From Paramicrosporidium saccamoebae KSL3 (taxonomy: Eukaryota; Fungi; Cryptomycota): 5,026 bases of DNA. Of this stretch, positions 1-5,026 are shown piece by piece (the stretch's first letter is position 1; the number at the start of each line of letters is the position of its first letter). A program made the translations under genes and the position numbers. The stretch spans positions 1 through 5,026 of the forward strand of contig MTSL01000171.1 in NCBI GenBank assembly GCA_002794465.1, written 5' to 3'. Below the pieces are notes generated by a model, which worked only from the letters and a program-made list of their open reading frames with translations, ran no database searches and was not told where the DNA came from.

Positions 1-60
1 ACTACCCACGCCCGACACCCGGGCTCGCTTCACAAAGGTGAAAATAATTAAAGTCGTAGT

Positions 61-68
61 TTTGGCGG
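61..68 (+). promoter_or_regulatory. E2F-like element TTTGGCGG upstream of MCM7
   Basis: It matches the TTTSSCGS E2F-type consensus and lies 2 nt before the candidate ATG 71. MCM genes are established E2F targets in animals and plants. A single short motif could occur by chance. Confidence 0.3.
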
Positions 69-70
69 TA

Positions 71-176
71 ATGTACGGCTCACAGACTGGTCCGAATTAT
101 GGCCGTCATTCTGGAAACAACGACCCGGCACAACTGACGCCCATTGCAGTGCCCATCAACTACGAAAACGACGCGG
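71..176 (+). CDS. MCM7: MCM7 exon 1 (3' boundary well supported; start ATG at 71 tentative)
   Basis: The frame of track ORF 38..256 reads MYGSQTGPNYGRHSGNNDPAQLTPIAVPINYENDA from ATG 71. Splicing out 177-204 joins G176 to AA205-206 (GAA, Glu), giving PINYENDA-ELFRGFIEGF. This resembles the MCM7 N-terminal pattern (D/N)Y-x4-E-x4-F-x2-F (human [20 protein letters not shown]). The spliced CDS is 2304 nt, or 767 aa. The start codon could differ. Confidence 0.65.
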
Positions 177-204
177 GTAGGGATGGTGACGATGCTGACT
201 GTAG
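177..204 (+). other. 28-nt spliceosomal intron, phase 1
   Basis: Sequence GTAGGGATGGTGACGATGCTGACTGTAG: GT donor, CTGAC branch-point match (195-199) and TAG acceptor. Removing it restores a homologous MCM7 N-terminus in frame. Confidence 0.8.
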
Positions 205-2402
205 AATTGTTCCGCGGATTCATCGAGGGCTTTGGTACGCACAAGTTGGGCTATGAGGCAGCAGCTAGTGAAGAAGGAGAGGAGTTGAAGGGAATGCCCT
301 CCAAATATCTGACAATGCTGCAAGAGGTGGCTAATTTGCAACGCACGGCCATCACTGTGGAACTGGACGACCTTATTGCATACGATGAAACATTGGATGA
401 GCTGGTTGCGCGTGTCACAGGGAATACGGCACATTATCAAAGTCTATTCAGTGTCGTTTTGGATGCGTTAATGCCAGCAAGCAATGTGGCCACCGACATG
501 GCTAGCATGGATGTAGTGGATGTCGTCGTCAGTCATCGTCGTGCCCGTCAGCAGACTGACGATCCGGGCCAATCGGAGGAAAGTGCCAACTCTATTCCTC
601 CCACCCTTTTGCGTCGCTATCAATTGTACCTGCGACCATTAAAAAAGACGCCATCATTGGCAGCCCGTCAAGTGCATGCAGAGCACGTGGGAGGATTGGT
701 ACAAATCAAAGGAATTATTACGCGTGTGTCAGAAGTGCGGCCGTTGCTAACAGTGGGCACATATACGTGTGAAAAATGCGGATGGGAAGTGTATCAGGAG
801 ATTACGGGTCAAGCGTACATGCCGTTGCCAGAATGTCCGACAGATGAGTGTCGTCGGAATCAGAGTCGAGGTCAGTTGGTGCTGCAGACACGGGGCTCGC
901 GCTTCTGCAAGTTCCAGGAGGCACGCGTGCAGGAACTGACGGAACAGGTGCCCATGGGCCATATTCCACGTTCCATGGCCGTAGTATTGACAGGCGATCT
1001 GACCCGCACTGTGCACCCCGGCGATCAAGTCATTCTGGGCGGCATTTACACTCCTAAACCATACACTGGCTTCAAGGCCATTCGCGCTGGACTGCTGACT
1101 GACACTTTTGTGCTGGCGCAGCATGTGGAGCAATTGAAGCCTCGTTATGACGTTGCCGCTCCCGATGTCGATTTTGCTGCAGTGGAGCAACTCTCCCGTG
1201 ATCCCTCCATCTACACGCGCTTGGCCACCTCCATTGCCCCAGAGATTTACGGTCACGTGGATGTGAAAAAAGCGTTGTTGTTACTGATGGTGGGCGGTGT
1301 GACCCGCGAAATGGACGATGGCATGAAGATCCGTGGGGATTTGAATGTGTGTCTGATGGGTGATCCCGGTGTGGCCAAGAGTCAGCTGCTCAAATACATG
1401 ACCAAGATTGCTCCGCGTGCCGTCTATACTACCGGAAAAGGCAGTTCGGGGGTGGGGTTGACAGCATCAGTTACAAAAGATCCTCTGACCAATGAAATGG
1501 TATTGGAAGGTGGTGCATTGGTGTTGGCTGATAATGGCATCTGTTGCATTGACGAGTTTGACAAGATGGATGAGACGGATCGCACTGCCATCCACGAGGT
1601 GATGGAACAACAGACTATTAGCATCAGCAAGGCCGGCATCACCACCACCCTCAACGCCCGCACCGCCATCCTTGCTGCCGCCAATCCTCTTTACGGCCGC
1701 TACAATCCCAAAAAGAGTCCTCGCGAGAACATTAATCTTCCTCCCGCCCTCCTCTCACGTTTCGATTTGCTCTTCCTCATCCTTGATACGGCTGATGTGG
1801 AGGAGGATACGCGTCTCGCTGAACACATTTGTCAGGTGCATCGTACCAGTGCGGCTCCCGTTTCTGATGTCTCTGAGACTATCAGCGCCGAACTGTTCCG
1901 CACATATGTCGGAGTTGCCAAGTCTTACTCTCCCGCTGTCCCACAGGCCCTGGTGGACTATGTGGTGGGCGCCTATGTGGGGTTGCGAGCTAATGACCTG
2001 TCGCAAAAGGACACGACTTATACGACCCCCCGTACGCTGCTTGCCGTGCTGCGTCTCTCCCAAGCCCTCGCCCGGCTTCGGTTTAGTAATACCGTGCAAC
2101 AGGCCGACATTGACGAGGCCATGCGACTGATGGAAGTGTCCCGCTGCTCCGTCGATATTCATCTCGACCGTCGCAGCGGCGTCATTGATCCTACCACCCG
2201 CATCCTCGCCCTTGTGCGCGAGCTGACACGTGGCGAACCCTCCGTGGCCATGGAAGTGGTGCGTGATGCCGTACGTGCCCGTGGCTTCACTGACACGCAG
2301 CTGCAACAGTGTCTGGTGGCCTTTGACCAATGCAACATTTGGAGTCTTTCCCCCGACGGCACCACCCTACGCATCCTTGACCCCGCCGTTCACAGCGCAT
2401 GA
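205..2402 (+). CDS. MCM7: DNA replication licensing factor MCM7, main coding exon (exon 2, to stop TGA 2400-2402)
   Basis: The translation has the MCM zinc finger (CEKC...CPTDEC), KFQEARVQELTEQVPMGHIPRS, Walker A GDPGVAKSQ (the A-for-G variant typical of MCM7 among others), Walker B CCIDEFDKM, AGITTTLNARTAILAAANPLYGRY, arginine finger SRFD, YTTPRTLLAVLRLSQALARLR and a C-terminal winged-helix-like region. The combination resembles eukaryotic MCM7 rather than archaeal MCM. The subunit assignment is by recognition; no search was run. Confidence 0.95.
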
Positions 2403-2553
2403 TCATGCGTCCTGTTTTGTGTAACCAATTATTCGTAATTTTAATCGACATAATATCTTTCTTTGTGATTCATCAACAGGGTTGTAGTTTAATGAGTTGA
2501 TGTAGTATGTTCGTTGCAATATCTAACGTCATTTGGTGTCATAACTTACAGGA

Positions 2554-2643
2554 GCACTCTATCGCGCCCTATCGCACTCCATGGCATTTTATCGCGCCCT
2601 ATCGCACTCCATGGCACTTTATCGCACCCTATCACACTCCCAC
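2554..2643. repeat. Higher-order minisatellite: nine 10-bp monomers arranged as about three 30-bp units
   Basis: Monomers: gcactctatc gcgccctatc gcactccatg / gcattttatc gcgccctatc gcactccatg / gcactttatc gcaccctatc acactcccac. A 27-nt stretch is repeated exactly at 2560-2586 and 2590-2616. Confidence 0.95.
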
Positions 2644-2668
2644 TATGCATCGTCAATAGCTCTCTCAA

Positions 2669-2674
2669 TTTATT
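2669..2674 (-). terminator. Candidate polyadenylation signal (AATAAA) of ABCE1
   Basis: The + strand TTTATT at 2669-2674 reads AATAAA on -, about 24 nt downstream of the ABCE1 TAA stop. Confidence 0.55.
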
Positions 2675-2697
2675 GACATCAAATACCATCACATTCT

Positions 2698-4506
2698 TTA
2701 CTGCTCAACAAAGAAATAGTCGCCCGTCTGCTTTTGTTCACGATCCTTTACAGAATCCATCTTGTTGATACGCGGACGCATATTGGTCGGATCCCTTCGG
2801 AAGGTAATGTTGAGACTCTTCAAGAACGTATTCATTCCCTGTACCAATGGCTGTGGACTGGTACAATGGGCCGCAACGGAGGGTGTTCCAGAGAATACCA
2901 CTACTCGGTCTGCCAGATATGTGGCCATAATAAAGTCGTGCTCCACCACAAATGCCGTCTTCTTTGCGTGCAAGATGAAGCGCTTGATCACCTTGGCTGC
3001 AATGATACGCTGCTCAGAGTCCAAATAGGCCGAGGGCTCGTCAATCAGATAAATGTCGGCTGGTTTTCCTAATGCCAAGGTGATGGCAACACGTTGCAAC
3101 TCACCACCAGACAAATTGCACACTTGCTGATCAATAATGTCGTCAATCTTGAGAGGTCGCGCCACATCAGTTTGGAACTGCGGATGCACCCACATGTCGC
3201 GAATCTTGTCGTGGAATACTTCACGCACCGTCTGTTCAGTGCGTCCTACCAGTTTCTGTGGCTTATAACTGACATTGAGCTCTGGAATATCCGCTGATTC
3301 GTCGTCAGGTCGGTCTACCCCGGCCAACATTCTGATGAGTGTCGTTTTTCCCGTTCCATTCTCACCCAACATGACAATAATCTCCGAGTCGGTAAAGTTG
3401 CCCGCCTCAATGTTCAAGCTGAATTGGTTGGAAAAGGTTTTGGTCATGTTGGGGTAGGTGTAGCGACGATGAATGTCCGCCTCGGGTCGCTCATCTGCCG
3501 TCTCCTTCATGCGAAAGGTCAGTGCTTCATCACGGAAACGCAGATTTTCCGTCGGTACCACTCCGTCCAGGAAAATGTTGATTCCCTCACGCACCCCAAA
3601 CGGCATGGTCACCACACCATATACACTGGGCACACCGTACAGAATGCATACAAAATCGGACAAATAGTCCAATACTGACAGATCGTGTTCCACCACAATC
3701 ACAAAGCTGTCGTGGCGCAGCAATGAACGGATGGCTTTGGCTGCGGTTAGACGTTGTTTCACATCCAAATAACTGGACGGCTCGTCAAACATATAGACGT
3801 CACCCTCCCGCATGCATGCTACACAGATTGCAAATCGTTGGAGTTCTCCACCGGACAGATCGCCAATGTCGCGGTCCAGCAGTTTCGCCAAGTCCAAGTC
3901 CACCATAAGCTGTTCCCGTACTCCTCGCTCGTCAAACTTGACCAGTAGATCGCCTACCTTTCCAGAGACTGACTTTTGTATACTTTCCACAAACTGCGGC
4001 TTGATGACTGCCTTTAAATTCTCCTCCAGAATTTTGGTAAAGTAGTTTTGCAGTTCCGAGCCGCGAAAGTGTTGTAAAATTCCCTGCCAGTCTGGCGGTG
4101 TCGTGAATTTTCCCAGATTCGGCTTTTCCTTTCCCGACAGAATGCGCAGCGCTGTCGACTTTCCAATACCGTTAGTACCCACCAGACCCAACACCTGTCC
4201 CGGTCGCGGCATCGGTAGTCGATGCAACTTAAACGAGTTTGCCGAGTATCGATGTGTCGTATCCCTTTCCAAGTTTGTTGGCAAATTGATAATCATAATG
4301 GCTCCAAAGGGACACTTTTTCACACACATTCCGCACCCAATGCACAACGGCTCGCTAATGTAGGCGATTTTGCTATCGGGCGTCACCTCAATACAGAGGC
4401 GTCCCATTCGATTCACCGGGCACGTCTTTTTGCACTCTTGCTTGCACTTTTTCGGCTTGCATTTGTCGCTGTTCACGATGGCAATACGGGTGAGCTTGTC
4501 TGACAT
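2698..4506 (-). CDS. ABCE1: ABCE1 / Rli1 (RNase L inhibitor), Fe-S ABC ATPase for ribosome recycling, 602 aa
   Basis: Starts [11 protein letters not shown]. It has the two [4Fe-4S] cysteine clusters ([15 protein letters not shown] and [12 protein letters not shown]), [17 protein letters not shown]1 Walker [12 protein letters not shown]2 Walker A GENGTGKT, two LSGGELQR signatures, Walker B motifs FDEPSSYLD and IDEPSAYLD, and the hinge [15 protein letters not shown]. It is full length with no interruption. Confidence 0.98.
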   Translation of the reverse strand: MSDKLTRIAIVNSDKCKPKKCKQECKKTCPVNRMGRLCIEVTPDSKIAYISEPLCIGCGMCVKKCPFGAIMIINLPTNLERDTTHRYSANSFKLHRLPMPRPGQVLGLVGTNGIGKSTALRILSGKEKPNLGKFTTPPDWQGILQHFRGSELQNYFTKILEENLKAVIKPQFVESIQKSVSGKVGDLLVKFDERGVREQLMVDLDLAKLLDRDIGDLSGGELQRFAICVACMREGDVYMFDEPSSYLDVKQRLTAAKAIRSLLRHDSFVIVVEHDLSVLDYLSDFVCILYGVPSVYGVVTMPFGVREGINIFLDGVVPTENLRFRDEALTFRMKETADERPEADIHRRYTYPNMTKTFSNQFSLNIEAGNFTDSEIIVMLGENGTGKTTLIRMLAGVDRPDDESADIPELNVSYKPQKLVGRTEQTVREVFHDKIRDMWVHPQFQTDVARPLKIDDIIDQQVCNLSGGELQRVAITLALGKPADIYLIDEPSAYLDSEQRIIAAKVIKRFILHAKKTAFVVEHDFIMATYLADRVVVFSGTPSVAAHCTSPQPLVQGMNTFLKSLNITFRRDPTNMRPRINKMDSVKDREQKQTGDYFFVEQ

Positions 4507-4666
4507 TCCGTCGAGACGGCTTCAAAAGTCCCAAAGGTCTGAAAAGAAAAATTGACCCTGGACATGTTAAGCGAGACTCTGAGATAGTAGTATATCCATC
4601 TATCCATGACAATGATCTTGTGATCCCTGCATACACAATTAATAGGTGGACATATAGTTTGCTAGC

Positions 4667-4672
4667 TTTATT
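4667..4672 (-). terminator. Candidate polyadenylation signal (AATAAA) of the truncated upstream gene
   Basis: The + strand TTTATT at 4667-4672 reads AATAAA on -, 10 nt after the TAG stop at 4683. Confidence 0.5.
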
Positions 4673-4682
4673 TGGGGGCTGA

Positions 4683-5026
4683 CTATTCAGTCTGGTAAAC
4701 AATCTGGGAGAGGCCATCTAAGGGCACCAAAAGGGTAGGGCTATACCTCCCAATGCCATCAAAATGAAGCGGCATTAATTTCAAGTCAACAGTCTGCTTA
4801 TTAAATTCCCATTCCAAATCCACTTTAATTACAGACTCGAAGCGACTCTTGTCGGGAAACTCCACCACCTTACGCACTTGATCCGGTACAAGGTTGTGTA
4901 CAACGGTGTCATGGACCGAGTGAAGGGTCAACCGGAGTGGTTTTCCATAACTCAGATTGTACCAGGTGAATGCCACGGAAATGGGGCGGCTAGCAGCTAG
5001 CACCAAGAACAACGAGATAGGGATGA
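4683..5026 (-). CDS. 3' portion of an unidentified protein-coding gene, truncated by the window edge
   Basis: The track starts this ORF at a TTG (5012), but the frame stays open to the edge (...IPISLFLVLAASRP...IVYQTE*), so at least 113 codons. The stop TAG at 4685-4683 is followed after 10 nt by AATAAA. The composition looks like a globular protein. I do not recognise the family. Confidence 0.6.
   Translation of the reverse strand, partial: IPISLFLVLAASRPISVAFTWYNLSYGKPLRLTLHSVHDTVVHNLVPDQVRKVVEFPDKSRFESVIKVDLEWEFNKQTVDLKLMPLHFDGIGRYSPTLLVPLDGLSQIVYQTE

Noticed and set aside
144-204. Track N-terminus MQCPSTTKTTRVGMVTMLTV of the 752-aa ORF
   Set aside because: It starts at TTG, shows no MCM7 similarity, and spans the predicted intron. 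The alternative frame gives the homologous NYENDA-E junction.
38-256. 72-aa ORF as a standalone gene
   Set aside because: It has a GTG start and is explained as MCM7 exon 1 read through the unspliced intron.
1755-2330. 191-aa antisense ORF, and likewise 747..1256, 156..440, 1424..1684 and 2159..2374
   Set aside because: These are shadow ORFs opposite a conserved gene. 1755..2330 is codon-aligned with a TTG start, and is open because MCM7 rarely uses TTA/CTA/TCA there. None has recognisable motifs.
205-2402. Intronic miRNA cluster like vertebrate miR-106b~25 in MCM7
   Set aside because: No intron here is long enough to hold a pre-miRNA hairpin.
2554-2643. CRISPR array interpretation of the 30-bp repeats
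   Set aside because: The units are head-to-tail with no unique spacers, there are no cas genes, and the context is eukaryotic.
2514-2768. 84-aa ORF through the repeat (LSRPIALHG repeats)
   Set aside because: It has a TTG start and overlaps the ABCE1 3' end antisense. It is open mainly because the 30-bp unit is a multiple of 3 and lacks stops.
144-4506. Archaeal origin or a functional MCM-ABCE1 operon
   Set aside because: Both families exist in archaea, but the MCM is MCM7-type, has a spliceosomal intron, and the genes are convergent. The adjacency gives no evidence of a shared system.
2734-4555. Multiple 60-112 aa + strand ORFs opposite ABCE1
   Set aside because: They are antisense or frame shadows of a highly conserved CDS with no domain signal.
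4593-4608. Short direct repeat TATCCATC/TATCCATG
   Set aside because: Two 8-nt copies are within chance expectation. It matters only as the source of the upstream ATGs already reported.
4388-4717. 109-aa minus-strand ORF spanning the spacer and the ABCE1 start
   Set aside because: It overlaps two better-supported genes out of frame, crosses a polyA signal, and has no recognisable homology.

Overview
Eukaryotic, very gene-dense window with no sign of prokaryotic or mobile DNA. It holds three protein-coding regions. (1) On +, a complete MCM7 replicative helicase subunit. Its real N-terminus is not the TTG-started ORF in the track: a 28-nt GT-AG intron (177-204) joins an upstream exon ending ...PINYENDA to ELFRGFIEGF. 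(2) On -, a complete and apparently intronless ABCE1/RLI1 ribosome-recycling ATPase (2698-4506), convergent with MCM7. (3) On -, the 3' end of an unidentified gene running off the right edge (4683 to >5026), with AATAAA just after its stop. The 295-bp gap between the convergent genes contains a higher-order minisatellite (10-bp monomers grouped in about three 30-bp units). Leucine and third-position codon usage switches abruptly inside MCM7 at about 1620. The tiny intron, short spacers and conventional fungal/opisthokont-like proteins suggest a compact-genome microbial eukaryote, possibly an early-diverging fungal or Rozellomycota-like lineage; this is inference only. I see no convincing novel multi-gene system. 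The best leads are the tiny intron, the structured repeat, the compositional switch and the orphan ORF.
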